Shown here in pieces: positions 18,158 to 27,583 of a stretch of DNA of 64,000 bases. Position 1 is the first letter of the stretch, and each line of letters begins with the position of its first letter. This DNA is from an uncultured Anaerolineae bacterium (lineage in GTDB: Bacteria > Chloroflexota > Anaerolineae > JAFGEY01), in the NCBI GenBank assembly GCA_964428175.1, contig CAYRXM010000001.1, positions 33,977 through 97,976 of the forward strand, given 5' to 3'. The position numbers were made by a program, and so were the translations under genes. The notes beneath the pieces are model-generated. The model was not told where the DNA came from. It did not search any database and saw only the letters and a program-made list of their open reading frames with translations.

Positions 18158-18328
18158 ATGTTGGGACAAACATCGTTGATCGTCTTGGGCGTGCTTGTCC
18201 TGGGGATTTTTATTGGCAGCAACCTGGGCATTATGCTGATGGTGTTCCTGCATATGGCCAAAAAGGCCGATGTGCTGATGGAAGAGCTGGCGGCCGCGGC
18301 CCTGCACTCCGACGAGCTTGAATCCTGA
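18158..18328 (+). CDS. small membrane protein (56 aa)
   Basis: A TATAAT box lies at 18122-18127 and RBS AAAGGAG lies 7 nt before the ATG. One TM helix. A strong terminator follows. Confidence 0.5.
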   Translation: MLGQTSLIVLGVLVLGIFIGSNLGIMLMVFLHMAKKADVLMEELAAAALHSDELES

Positions 18329-18351
18329 CCACTATGCGTTTGTTTTGCATC

Positions 18352-18383
18352 AAGCCCCCGTACACGCGCGTGTACGGGGGCTT
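18352..18383. terminator. hairpin terminator
   Basis: AAGCCCCCGTACAC-GCGC-GTGTACGGGGGCTT followed by GATATTT. Confidence 0.65.
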
Positions 18384-18428
18384 GATATTTATGCACACAG
18401 GCAGCTTTTTCTTCGCCTTGACGGTTCT

Positions 18429-19148
18429 TTATCCGCCTTGACGGTTTTTGCGAAAAATCCAGATCGCCGCGGCCAGGCCAATAGCCAGCGCGAGAAACAC
18501 AAAGATCGACACGGTCAGCGCGCCGAGTTGTTCCTGCTCATTGGAGAGCTTGGGCGTCGGCGTGGGCGGCAGTTCGGCCATGACGACGGTCACGGTGGGA
18601 GAAGGCGACGGCGACGGCGACGGTGTTGGCGAAGGGAGCGGGGTCGTCGTCGGCGCCGGTGTGCCCGTTGCCGTGGCGACGAGAATGCTGATCGGCTCGC
18701 CGGCGATGGGCGATTCAAGTTCCTGCGCGGTAAGCTGGTAGGTGTCGAGCACGAGCGACTGCCCGCCGGGCAGATCGACCAGGACGGTCAGACTCAGCCG
18801 GGCGGCGGCTCCGGCGGCCATTTCGTCTGCGGTGTAATAGATGAGGGTGCGAATTTCTTCGTTCAGAGTGAATGTGTTCCAGGTCTCATTGTCAGCGGCA
18901 GATGTCTGCAAGCGCATGCCTTGTGGCGGCAAAATCACCTCAAGCTGCACTTGTTGGAGGGCCGCGTCGCCGACGTTTTGAACGTCAAACCAAAAGGTCA
19001 ATTGATCCCCGCTGACCGGCGTCAATGGCTCCCAGGTCACTGTGAGCGACAGCGGGCCGGGCACAACCTGTGCGGCCTGCACGGTCACCGAAAAAATGCC
19101 CGCCAGAACGAGTGCAAAATGTATGATCGGTCGCTGCTTTTTTCTCAC
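18429..19148 (-). CDS. cell-surface protein (signal peptide, beta-sandwich-like domain, PS/PT linker, C-terminal TM anchor)
   Basis: Signal MRKKQRPIIHFALVLAGIFSVTVQAAQ, linker PSPTPSPSPSPSPT, C-terminal LGALTVSIFVFLALAIGLAAAIWIFRKNRQGG. Confidence 0.7.
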   Translation of the reverse strand: MRKKQRPIIHFALVLAGIFSVTVQAAQVVPGPLSLTVTWEPLTPVSGDQLTFWFDVQNVGDAALQQVQLEVILPPQGMRLQTSAADNETWNTFTLNEEIRTLIYYTADEMAAGAAARLSLTVLVDLPGGQSLVLDTYQLTAQELESPIAGEPISILVATATGTPAPTTTPLPSPTPSPSPSPSPTVTVVMAELPPTPTPKLSNEQEQLGALTVSIFVFLALAIGLAAAIWIFRKNRQGG

Positions 19149-19265
19149 CCCGACTCCTGTTCCGAATCAATGCGAGCCGCATGCCCGGTCTCGCTACGCA
19201 TCTCCGGCTCGAACTGGACAACAGCGTGATTATACCGGTAACATCGCCATTGGTCAAACGGCATG

Positions 19266-19290
19266 AAAAAAACCCGGCCTGGGCCGGGCT
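19266..19290 (-). terminator. rho-independent terminator of ssrA
   Basis: The minus strand reads GCCCGGCC-CA-GGCCGGGT followed by TTTTTTT, immediately 3' of the tmRNA. Confidence 0.75.
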
Positions 19291-19297
19291 TTTTCAC

Positions 19298-19686
19298 TGG
19301 TGGAGATGCCGGGAATCGAACCCGGGTCCGAAGAATTCGACCGTGAATATACTACAAGCTTGTTCGTTCTTTTGACATTTTGCCTGGACTAGCTCCGAAC
19401 GACAGGATCACATCTCGGCTAGCCGATCATCTTGGGCCTACGGTATCGGCGTCACGCAGGCCGCACCCCAGTCTCTATGACGCCCACTCCCCAAGCACCG
19501 GGGGAACTTGGGGGTGAACGTGATACCCGCAGGTATCGGGTTCTCCTTATGGGAGCTTACGCAGCCATCGGGAGAGCCGCGAGATTTGGTCTCTTGGCAT
19601 TTGATTGTTTGCCCGGTTTTAACGAGGCCCAGGCGCCTCGGCTTGCAATCCAGGATCAGCCTTCCCCGTCGAAGCCGATCATCCCC
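19298..19686 (-). ncRNA. ssrA: tmRNA (SsrA)
   Basis: The minus strand starts GGGGATGATCGGCTTCGACGGGGAAGG and ends CCGGGTTCGATTCCCGGCATCTCCACCA (tRNA-Ala-like acceptor and T arm). The internal tag reading frame ends ...CTC GCG GCT CTC CCG ATG GCT GCG TAA. Confidence 0.9.
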
Positions 19687-19732
19687 AATCTGCCTTGATT
19701 ATATCACAGCGCGCTCAAAACTTCAAGCCGCG

Positions 19733-20701
19733 CTAGGGCCGCCCGGCCAACCGGCCGCCCGTCTCGACACGGACGCGATACAGCCCCGTCCGCGCAGTGA
19801 TGTACAGCGTCTTGAAATCGTCGTCGCCCCAGGCGAGGTTGGCCGGCACCTCCGGCGTCTCGATCACGCCCAATTTTGCGCCGCCGGGGTCGAACACCCA
19901 CACCCCACCCGGCCCGGTGCAAAAGACGTTGCCCAGCAGATCGACCTTCATCCCGTCAGGTACGCCTTCCTTGTCACCCTTGAGTTCGGCAAACAGCCGC
20001 GCGTTGGCCAGCGTGCCGTCGGGCTGGACATCGTAGGCGCGGATGATCCCCAACTGCGAGTCGTCCACATAGAGCACGCTTTCATCGGGCGAAAAGGCCA
20101 GCCCGTTGGGGCGCGGCAGCGAATCGTCGAGCAAGGTCAGAACGCCAGATGGCGAACCATCCGTGACGAGGCGATAGACGCCGTTGAAATCAAGCTCCTT
20201 GCCCACCTGCTGATTGGCCAGGCCGTAGGGCGGGTCGGTGAAATAAATGGCTCCGCTTGAATGGGCGACAATGTCGTTGGGGCTATTGAGCTTTTTTCCA
20301 ACGTACATATCGGCCAATATCGTTTGCGTGCCGTTATATTCTGTGCGCGCCCACTCATAGCGCGAGACCCGCCGGTTGCCGTGCTCGCAAATCAGCAAGT
20401 GCCCTTTGGCGTCCAGGGTCAGCCCGTTCGAGTTGCCGCTGGGTGTGCGCCAAACGTGGGCCTTGTCTGCGCCCGGCGTCCATTGGTAGATGATGTTGGC
20501 CGGAATGTCGGAAAAAAGCAAATAGCCGTCGGGTAGCCACACCGGCCCTTCGGTGAATTGAAAGCCGCCGACCACTTTTTCAACCACAGCTCCCGGCGCA
20601 AGGATGTCATCCAGCGAAAGAGATTTTTCAGGCACAGTTTCCTCCCCGGCGCAGCCGGCCAGAAAAGCGAGTAAAACCAGCAGACAGGCCCATTTACCCA
20701 T
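19733..20701 (-). CDS. SMP-30/gluconolactonase/LRE-like lipoprotein
   Basis: Lipobox LAFLAGC. SGL-type block FTEGPVWLPDGYLLFSDIPANIIYQW and a repeated beta-propeller pattern. Its start overlaps the purO stop by 1 nt. Confidence 0.85.
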   Translation of the reverse strand: MGKWACLLVLLAFLAGCAGEETVPEKSLSLDDILAPGAVVEKVVGGFQFTEGPVWLPDGYLLFSDIPANIIYQWTPGADKAHVWRTPSGNSNGLTLDAKGHLLICEHGNRRVSRYEWARTEYNGTQTILADMYVGKKLNSPNDIVAHSSGAIYFTDPPYGLANQQVGKELDFNGVYRLVTDGSPSGVLTLLDDSLPRPNGLAFSPDESVLYVDDSQLGIIRAYDVQPDGTLANARLFAELKGDKEGVPDGMKVDLLGNVFCTGPGGVWVFDPGGAKLGVIETPEVPANLAWGDDDFKTLYITARTGLYRVRVETGGRLAGRP

Positions 20702-21441
20702 CAGGCATCTCCAAAGCGGTTGCAGACCAAGAGTTGGGCCGCCTCGAGGCGGCCCAACCCGCTCGCTGCCGGGATCCACTTGACGGCCAGCGAAACGCGG
20801 TTGTCGCTGTCCAGCGCGGCCCAGCAGGTTTCCAGAATCTCTTTGGCGCTGCCCCGCAGTGACACCAACAGCGGATCGACGTCAAACGGTGGCAAGGGTG
20901 AGCCGTCGCTCATATAGGTGGTGATGCAGTAGCCCAGCCCGGCCGGCGGCAGCGCCGGCCGCCATGTCGTGTGGTCGGTCAGCGCCGGGTTGGCCTTGTT
21001 GGCCTTGAGGATATTGAGCGCAAGCTGCGGCGTTTGGGTGCGCAAATCGAGCATGGCGCTGATGCGCGGCGTATAGTTGGGCGCATCGGGTTCGCGCTCA
21101 CGGGTGAGCAGCGCGCCCTCGAACGTCCCGCCCGTCCGCAGCGCGTCATAGATCGTCCGTGTCTGATCGCCGTTGGAAACCAGGTAAATGTTGGGCAGTT
21201 CGAGCATCGCTTCATAGATGATCAGGCTGGGGTCCTGCACCAGGCTGGCATCGACCGGCTCGGTGCGCAGCGTTGCGCCATCGACGGCAAAGCGGCGGTT
21301 GCGGCTGTGCGCGCTGCGGCCCATGATCCAGTACACCAGCACCCAGGCATCGTCAGCGCCAGCCCGCCCGATGATCAGGCCGCGCCCCGGATAGCCATTC
21401 CGCCGAATGTGGCGGTCAAAATTTTGTTCAAATTGTGACAT
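20701..21441 (-). CDS. purO: IMP cyclohydrolase, PurO-like
   Basis: YPGRGLIIGR...WVLVYWIMGRSAHSRNRRF...YLVSNGDQT...TPRISAM matches the archaeal-type PurO pattern as I recall it. The ORF-track N-terminal extension was trimmed to MSQFEQ. Confidence 0.7.
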   Translation of the reverse strand: MSQFEQNFDRHIRRNGYPGRGLIIGRAGADDAWVLVYWIMGRSAHSRNRRFAVDGATLRTEPVDASLVQDPSLIIYEAMLELPNIYLVSNGDQTRTIYDALRTGGTFEGALLTREREPDAPNYTPRISAMLDLRTQTPQLALNILKANKANPALTDHTTWRPALPPAGLGYCITTYMSDGSPLPPFDVDPLLVSLRGSAKEILETCWAALDSDNRVSLAVKWIPAASGLGRLEAAQLLVCNRFGDA

Positions 21442-21466
21442 ATTTTGTCTATGCTCGCAAACCGCC

Positions 21467-23356
21467 TTACTGGCCGGCCAGAATCGGGTCAAAATCCAGG
21501 TCAAGGGCAGTCTCACAGCGCGAGGGCCGATAGATGTATTGGTTCTTGAATTGATCGTCCTGTTCTGAAAAACGGGAGTGATTGTAGGGCAAAATCTTGA
21601 CCTGCACCTGTTCGCGAAAACCGCGCTCGCCTTCGTCGAGCAGGATCTGTTCGCGCAGGGTCTTGAATTCCTGGTTGATTTCGGCCAGCCCCGTGACCAA
21701 CTGCTTGGCCGCGACCACCTGAATCTGCTCGGCATTTTGCCCGGCGTTGGCCTCAAAGTGCAGCCACAGCACGCGATGCCCATCGATATAGTCGACGCTT
21801 TGCGCGGTAAAACGCCCGGTCAGCTCGGAAATCTGCGAGGCGACCAGTTGCAAATGGTGGCCGTAGATTTTGGCTCCCACCCAGCTCACCGCAGCGTCGA
21901 GGCCACCGTTGCTATAACTGTCCAGCCGCCCGTTGGTGAGGATCATGTCGCCCGAATCGTAACGGATGCGCAGCGCACGCGCAACGTACTTGATGTCGAC
22001 GCCGGTTTCGGCTTTGAGCAGGCCGGCCAATTCGTCCAAATCCCAGACGTGCATCACATCCAGGTGGCAGTTGACCACCTCACCGGTCAGGGCGGTGGCA
22101 AATGCGGGGCCAAAGTGATAGCCGTCGTTGGGCCGAAGCGAGGGCTTGCCTTCTTGATCCACACTGCCGATCAGGAAATAGACGCCGGGGTTGGATTTGA
22201 GCGCCGACCAGGGGAAGGACTGCCCGCCAAAGTGATGTTCCAGAAACGGGCGAACCAGTGCAGGCTGGTTGCGCTCCAGCAAATACATTACCGTGCTCCA
22301 CAGCATGGTCGTATTATTGCTCGAAAACCCGGTCTTGAGTTCGGCTGCGCCAAACCCGGTAGAAAACGTCTTGAGCAGGGTGGTCAGCTGGTGCAGCGCC
22401 TGGGCATCGGCGAGAATATCGTTCAGTTGGCGGTCTATCAAACCGGCATCCACAATCCCCAGCCACTCGGCCACCTGGAACATCTTGTAAGGCGGAAAGG
22501 CCTCGCCGGTCAAAATAAACTTGAACTCGATCTGCGCGCTCATGTTGTCCAGCGCCTGGCTTTGGCGCAGTTCGTTCACAATCGAGATCAGGTTGGGCGC
22601 ATAGGTGTACAATGCGATCAGCGTCTTGGACGTGCTCGCGCGCATAACGTCCTGAATGTGCTGTGCGGTCTCGGACGGGCTAAAACCGGTGTGCTCAAAG
22701 TGGAGGTGCGGGAACTCGTCGCTCAGCATCGACAAGAGCTGAACCATGTTGTATCCCGCTCCCCAGGCCGGCTCGCCGGGCACCGACTTGGCAACGCCGA
22801 CCACGATCTCGACACGTTCATAGCGGTCGATCTCCCAGTTGGACCACAAAAACTGCTTCATCGAGGGCAGGGTTTCGGCCACCTGGCCTTTGGACATCAG
22901 GAACAGCTTTTGCCGGCCCGTGCTGCCGGAGCTTTTGAGCATCTGTGCGTTGCCGGCCGCGCCGATGCTGAGGCGATCTTGGGGTGAGTAGGTGTGGAAA
23001 AATTCCGCGTTCATGATCGGCAACTTGCGCAAGGCCTCAATGTCCTCCTCGATAAAGGACATATCCTGGATGCCCGCCGCGCGCCAAAAAGCAATGCAGG
23101 CCCGGTTGTAGCGGGCCAGATAGCGCACGGTTTGCAGCGCCTTTTTATGAGCCGTCTTGCGCTGGATCGAAGCTGGGGTCACCTGCTGCAACAGGGTTAT
23201 CAGGTTGATGTTGCGTAACAAGGGGATTTTGTCCAGCGTTCTTTGGAAACGCATGAGCGAAGCAATGGCCGCATCCATTTCGGCCAAAGTGGGCGCCTGA
23301 TCGGCCAGCGGCACGACCTGGGCGTCATCGAGTTCGATGTACGAATTGGTAGTCAT
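21467..23356 (-). CDS. adenylate-forming (ANL/PaaK/F390-synthetase/GH3-like) enzyme, 629 aa
   Basis: P-loop-like SSGSTGRQK lies about 150 aa from the N-terminus. The large two-lobed size fits the family. RBS GAGGAGG. The substrate is unknown. Confidence 0.55.
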   Translation of the reverse strand: MTTNSYIELDDAQVVPLADQAPTLAEMDAAIASLMRFQRTLDKIPLLRNINLITLLQQVTPASIQRKTAHKKALQTVRYLARYNRACIAFWRAAGIQDMSFIEEDIEALRKLPIMNAEFFHTYSPQDRLSIGAAGNAQMLKSSGSTGRQKLFLMSKGQVAETLPSMKQFLWSNWEIDRYERVEIVVGVAKSVPGEPAWGAGYNMVQLLSMLSDEFPHLHFEHTGFSPSETAQHIQDVMRASTSKTLIALYTYAPNLISIVNELRQSQALDNMSAQIEFKFILTGEAFPPYKMFQVAEWLGIVDAGLIDRQLNDILADAQALHQLTTLLKTFSTGFGAAELKTGFSSNNTTMLWSTVMYLLERNQPALVRPFLEHHFGGQSFPWSALKSNPGVYFLIGSVDQEGKPSLRPNDGYHFGPAFATALTGEVVNCHLDVMHVWDLDELAGLLKAETGVDIKYVARALRIRYDSGDMILTNGRLDSYSNGGLDAAVSWVGAKIYGHHLQLVASQISELTGRFTAQSVDYIDGHRVLWLHFEANAGQNAEQIQVVAAKQLVTGLAEINQEFKTLREQILLDEGERGFREQVQVKILPYNHSRFSEQDDQFKNQYIYRPSRCETALDLDFDPILAGQ

Positions 23357-23439
23357 CGAGTTTTCCCCTCCTCAAGGATGATATTAAATGAGCATAGACG
23401 TGGATTGGGGCTGGAATGGAGGATACAAATCAATGGAGG

Positions 23440-23468
23440 ATTTTAGCACAACTTGACCGGGCAGACAA
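23440..23468 (-). promoter_or_regulatory. sigma70-like promoter of the ANL-purO operon
   Basis: Minus strand TTGTCT-17 nt-TAAAAT, about 85 nt upstream of the ATG. Confidence 0.4.
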
Positions 23469-23487
23469 ATGGGCACTGGCACATGCA

Positions 23488-24354
23488 TCAGGTTTCCGCC
23501 CAACTGACCACGTATTCGGTCAGCGCGTCGGGCCGGTCGAGGCCGGGGTCGCCAACCTGCCACGCGCCAGACAGGTTCGACGCTTCTGCCGTCAATGCCC
23601 AGTGACACATCGCGATGCCTATATCGACGCGCTGCAAATCGGCCATTTTGACCGATCCCACTGACACCTGGCCATAGCCGGGCGTGCGCTGCACGTAAAA
23701 ATGCCAACATGCGTCCTGACGAACGATGCGCCAGGGCTGCTTGTTGGACGCCGACGGCCCCAAACGCAGCATGTCCAATGGGCCGGCGTATTCTCCCGCG
23801 CTTTCATGCCCCAATGGCACATCAAACGCGCCATCAAAAAAGAGGACCGACCAGGGCAGCCGCTTGTTCGATCTCACCACCTGGCGAAGCAATACATCCC
23901 TGGCGCGCGGCTGGCTGGCCGGATAGCCCACCGAGACCGTGGCTGGCATCGACTCACCCGCTTGCAGGTCGATGGCCTGCGCAAAGCGGCTTTTGTTCAG
24001 GGTGCCGCCCAACCAACACGTTCCCAGACCAAGTGCGGTTGCATCGAGTACCAGCTTTTCCATCAGATAGCCCAAATCGGCCAGGCCTTTTTCCGATGAT
24101 TCCACTGCGCCGGCAATGAATCCGGCCGGGTTCTTGATGAAACCATACGTACCCAGCCCTTTCAAAGCCGCACGGTCGGCCTCGCTGGCGGCGATGAGTT
24201 GAAACCGCGCCCGGCTGCCCAGCGGCCCGCGTGTCGCCTGTGCGAGCGCGTCTTCCAATTGCTGGCGCACCTGCGCTGCCAGAGGCTTTTTCTCGTATGT
24301 ACGGCAAGAAAAACGCCGCCTGATGATCGCTTGAAGCGTTTCAGATTGTGCCAT
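23488..24354 (-). CDS. nitroreductase-family protein
   Basis: N-terminal IIRRRFSCRTYEKKPL and a two-lobed nitroreductase-like length and pattern (GLGTCWLGG). Confidence 0.75.
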   Translation of the reverse strand: MAQSETLQAIIRRRFSCRTYEKKPLAAQVRQQLEDALAQATRGPLGSRARFQLIAASEADRAALKGLGTYGFIKNPAGFIAGAVESSEKGLADLGYLMEKLVLDATALGLGTCWLGGTLNKSRFAQAIDLQAGESMPATVSVGYPASQPRARDVLLRQVVRSNKRLPWSVLFFDGAFDVPLGHESAGEYAGPLDMLRLGPSASNKQPWRIVRQDACWHFYVQRTPGYGQVSVGSVKMADLQRVDIGIAMCHWALTAEASNLSGAWQVGDPGLDRPDALTEYVVSWAET

Positions 24355-24363
24355 GCTTTTTTC

Positions 24364-25152
24364 TCAATGCCCCGAACCCATCATCCACTGGCCGATCGGC
24401 CGGACCAGCGCGCGCGGGGTCAGGCGCACTGTAAAGGCGACCAGCTGGTTAAAGAACCCGGGCATAATCACGGCGCGTCCGCGCATCAACGCCCGGTAGC
24501 CAATTTGGGCCACCTGCCCGGCGCTCATACTGCCCAGCATAAAAATGCGCATCCTGACGATCTGCGCGCGCGCTTGAAAGCCGGTGCGCGTCATGCCGGG
24601 GCAGAGCGCCGTCACCGTCACTCCCGTCCCCTTGACTTCTTGCGCCAGCGCTTCCGAAAAACTGAGCACGTAGGCCTTGGTCGCGCCGTACACCGCCATC
24701 GATGGGACGGGCTGAAAGGATGCCGTCGAGCCGATGTTGAGTACGCGCCCCCAGCCGCGCGCGATCATCGCCGGCAAAAACTGCCGGGTGAGCGCGGTCA
24801 GGGCCATCACGTTCAGGTTCAGCATCGACCACTGCTCCTGCCAGTCCAGCTCGGTAAAGCGGCCCAGCAGGCCAAACCCGGCATTGTTGACCAGCACATC
24901 GACGGTCATATTTTGCCGCTGCACATCGGCGGCAATCGCTTCCACCGAGGCCGGATCGCTCAAATCGTAGGCCAACACCACCGCCTGCACGCCGTAAGAC
25001 CGGCTCAGATCGGCGGCAAGCGCCTGGAGCTTGTCGCCGCTGCGCGCGACCAACACCACGTCGTACCCGTCGGCGGCAAACAGCTTGCTCAACTCGTAGC
25101 CGATGCCGCCAGAGGCGCCGGTGATCAGCGCCGTTTTGCCCTTTCCGCTCAT
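24364..25152 (-). CDS. short-chain dehydrogenase/reductase (SDR)
   Basis: TALITGASGGIG cofactor motif, NNAG, and catalytic YGATKAY. Confidence 0.9.
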   Translation of the reverse strand: MSGKGKTALITGASGGIGYELSKLFAADGYDVVLVARSGDKLQALAADLSRSYGVQAVVLAYDLSDPASVEAIAADVQRQNMTVDVLVNNAGFGLLGRFTELDWQEQWSMLNLNVMALTALTRQFLPAMIARGWGRVLNIGSTASFQPVPSMAVYGATKAYVLSFSEALAQEVKGTGVTVTALCPGMTRTGFQARAQIVRMRIFMLGSMSAGQVAQIGYRALMRGRAVIMPGFFNQLVAFTVRLTPRALVRPIGQWMMGSGH

Positions 25153-25306
25153 GGTCTGCTCCTTGAAAAAAATCGCCCGGTCGTGTATAATACGAGCAAA
25201 TCCTCAAATTATGAGACCTTGACGAGAGCTTTTGCTCACGTTGGAATCTATTATAAAAGCAAAAATGTCCCCTGTCAAGCACAAAGGAGACCTTTTGTCG
25301 GAAACG

Positions 25307-25924
25307 ATGCGCAACATCCCCCAACAGGCGCGCAGCCAGCAGCGCGTCGACTTGATCCTCGACACCGCTGCTGCGCTGTTGGCCGAAATCGGCTACGACG
25401 CGATCACCACCAATGCCGTCGCCAAACGCGCGGGCATCTCGGTTGGCTCGTTGTATCGTTACTTTGCAGACAAGGACGCCATCTTGCACGCACTGGCCGA
25501 TCGCTACCTGGCCCGGCTGAACGAACTGTACCAGACGCTGTTTACCGCCGATGCGATTTACCTGCCCTTGCCGGTGCTGCTCGACCGCCTGATCGACCCG
25601 TTTGTCGAGTTCGACCAATGCTGCCCGGCCTTTGCGCGCATCTTGCTCGGCTCCGATGTGTCGGCCGACATTGCCCGGGCGGCGCAGCAGATCGAGATCG
25701 ACACCATCGAGCGGATCAGGCAACTGCTGCAAATGCGCCTGCCGCACATCGACGGAGAGCGGGCTTTGATGGTGGCCCTCGTCTGCAAGGCGGTGGTCAA
25801 GGCGCTGCTGGCGCTGCTGGCGACGCCGGCGGGAAAAGCACGGCAGGCGCAGGTGATCGCCGAGATGAAAGGGCTGCTGCTCGATTATCTGGCCCCCCTC
25901 TGGGATGAGGAAAGACAAGCGTAA
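25307..25924 (+). CDS. TetR/AcrR-family transcriptional regulator
   Basis: HTH block RVDLILDTAAALLAEIGYDAITTNAVAKRAGISVGSLYRYF. Divergent from the SDR gene. The start is ambiguous (25265, 25295 or 25307). Confidence 0.85.
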   Translation: MRNIPQQARSQQRVDLILDTAAALLAEIGYDAITTNAVAKRAGISVGSLYRYFADKDAILHALADRYLARLNELYQTLFTADAIYLPLPVLLDRLIDPFVEFDQCCPAFARILLGSDVSADIARAAQQIEIDTIERIRQLLQMRLPHIDGERALMVALVCKAVVKALLALLATPAGKARQAQVIAEMKGLLLDYLAPLWDEERQA

Positions 25925-25963
25925 CCAGCCCATTCTCGAGATTCCACGGGCCTGGCCCAACCG

Positions 25964-25997
25964 AACCCTCTGCCTGGAAAAGCAGAGGGTTTATTTT
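25964..25997 (+). terminator. rho-independent terminator after tetR
   Basis: AACCCTCTGC-CTGGAAAA-GCAGAGGGTT followed by TATTTTG. Confidence 0.7.
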
Positions 25998-26358
25998 GTG
26001 CCAGGATAGGGGGAATCCCCCATTTCGGGCAAGGGTAAGCTCTGATCGAAAAGAGGGGAAAAGGGATTGTATTTCAAGCTCTTTTATGGTTTCATACATG
26101 TATTATCACCTTGCCCATATTGCAGCAGAATTATCCCCACATCCACCATACATTCATCCAAGCATTGCCTGCGGCCTCATCTCGGGGCATGGAGCGAATT
26201 GAAATCATCCACGCGAATCTGGAATTCGCGGCCGGGCATTTGTCTGGCCCGGCAGATTCTTGATCAAGGAGGTGAACCGACTATCAGACAAGCCAACCGC
26301 AAGTAACATATTTTTATCCGCTACGAACCTATTTTCATGTTTATCCAGGAGGGAAACG

Positions 26359-27489
26359 ATGTCGAGAAAGAATTTGCCTTTGGCGCTGGTGACCATTCTG
26401 GTCACGGCGCTCATGGTGCTGTCGGCCTGCGTTGCGGGCAAGACGACTGTAGCGACCAAAGCACCGGACACCAAGCTGGCAGTGGGCATTGTGCTGCCGA
26501 CCAAGGACGAGCCGCGCTGGATTCAGGACGAAACCCGCTTCCGCGACGCGATCAACGCCGCTGGCTATGAGGTCGAAATCCTCTTCAGCCAGGGCGATTC
26601 GTCCAAGGAAAAAGCGAACGTGGAAGACCTGATCACCAAGGGCGTCCAGGTCATCATCATCTGCCCGCACGACGGCACGGCTGCCGCTGCGGCGGCCCAG
26701 GCCGCCCAAAAAGCCGGCGTCAAGGTCATCTCGTATGACCGCCTCATCCGCGACACGGATGCGGTGGACTATTACGTGACCTTTGACAGCATCGCCGTCG
26801 GCGCGGCCTGGAGCCAGTACCTGATCGACCAGGCCACCGGCACCGGCAACCCGCTGTACCTCTATGCCGGCGCCGCTTCTGACAACAACGCTTTCATCTT
26901 TTTCCAGGGCGCCTGGGAGACCATCCAGCCCAAGATCGCCGATGGCACGTTCGTGATCAAGAACTCGAGCGAGGCGGTCGCCTTGCAGAACAAGAAGGAA
27001 CTGACCCGCGACGAGATGGCCAAGATCATCGGCCAGGTGACCACCAACTGGAACTTTAATGATGCCAAGACGCTGGCCGAATCGAACCTCACCGCCGCTT
27101 CGGCGGCCGACAAGGGCACCGTCTACATCCTGGCCCCCAACGACGGCACGGCGCGCGCCATCGCCGACGCCTTTGCCGCCGACAAGGACGTGACCCAATA
27201 CTATGTCACCGGCCAGGACGCCGAAAAGGCCTCCGTCCAGTACATCATCGATGGCAAGCAGTCCATGACCGTCTTTAAGGACGTGCGCATGCTGGTCAAC
27301 GACGCCATCGCCGCCGCCGTCGCCCTGCTTCAGGGCAAGGCCCCGGCTTCCAAGGGCGCCTACAACAATGGCAAGATCGACGTGCCGGCTATCCAGTCGG
27401 CGGTCATCACCGTCGACCGGAACAACGTCAAGTCCGCCTTGATCGATTCGGGTTACTATAGCGCCGGCGACTTTACCAACTTGCCCTGA
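26359..27489 (+). CDS. sugar ABC transporter substrate-binding lipoprotein (CUT2, ChvE-like)
   Basis: Lipobox LMVLSAC. LPTKDEPRWIQD...KGVQVIIICPHDG...GVKVISYDRLIRDTDAVDYYVTFDSIAVG is typical of ChvE/multiple-sugar binding proteins. Confidence 0.85.
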   Translation: MSRKNLPLALVTILVTALMVLSACVAGKTTVATKAPDTKLAVGIVLPTKDEPRWIQDETRFRDAINAAGYEVEILFSQGDSSKEKANVEDLITKGVQVIIICPHDGTAAAAAAQAAQKAGVKVISYDRLIRDTDAVDYYVTFDSIAVGAAWSQYLIDQATGTGNPLYLYAGAASDNNAFIFFQGAWETIQPKIADGTFVIKNSSEAVALQNKKELTRDEMAKIIGQVTTNWNFNDAKTLAESNLTAASAADKGTVYILAPNDGTARAIADAFAADKDVTQYYVTGQDAEKASVQYIIDGKQSMTVFKDVRMLVNDAIAAAVALLQGKAPASKGAYNNGKIDVPAIQSAVITVDRNNVKSALIDSGYYSAGDFTNLP

Positions 27490-27533
27490 GAAAAAACGAC
27501 TGATCACAACGAGTTCAAGGATCAAAGCCTGGC

Positions 27534-27561
27534 TTGCAAGCCGGGTTGAAAGCGCTATAAT
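27534..27561 (+). promoter_or_regulatory. candidate internal promoter
   Basis: TTGCAA-16 nt-TATAAT between the SBP and ATPase genes. Confidence 0.35.
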
Positions 27562-27583
27562 ACTCATGTGATCGACCCATGCC

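Noticed and set aside
25153-25306. TetR operator in the SDR-tetR divergent region (GAGCAAA...TTTGCTC, 7-bp arms ~30 bp apart).
   Set aside because: The arms are short and the spacing is atypical for TetR operators, so I cannot distinguish this from chance by eye.
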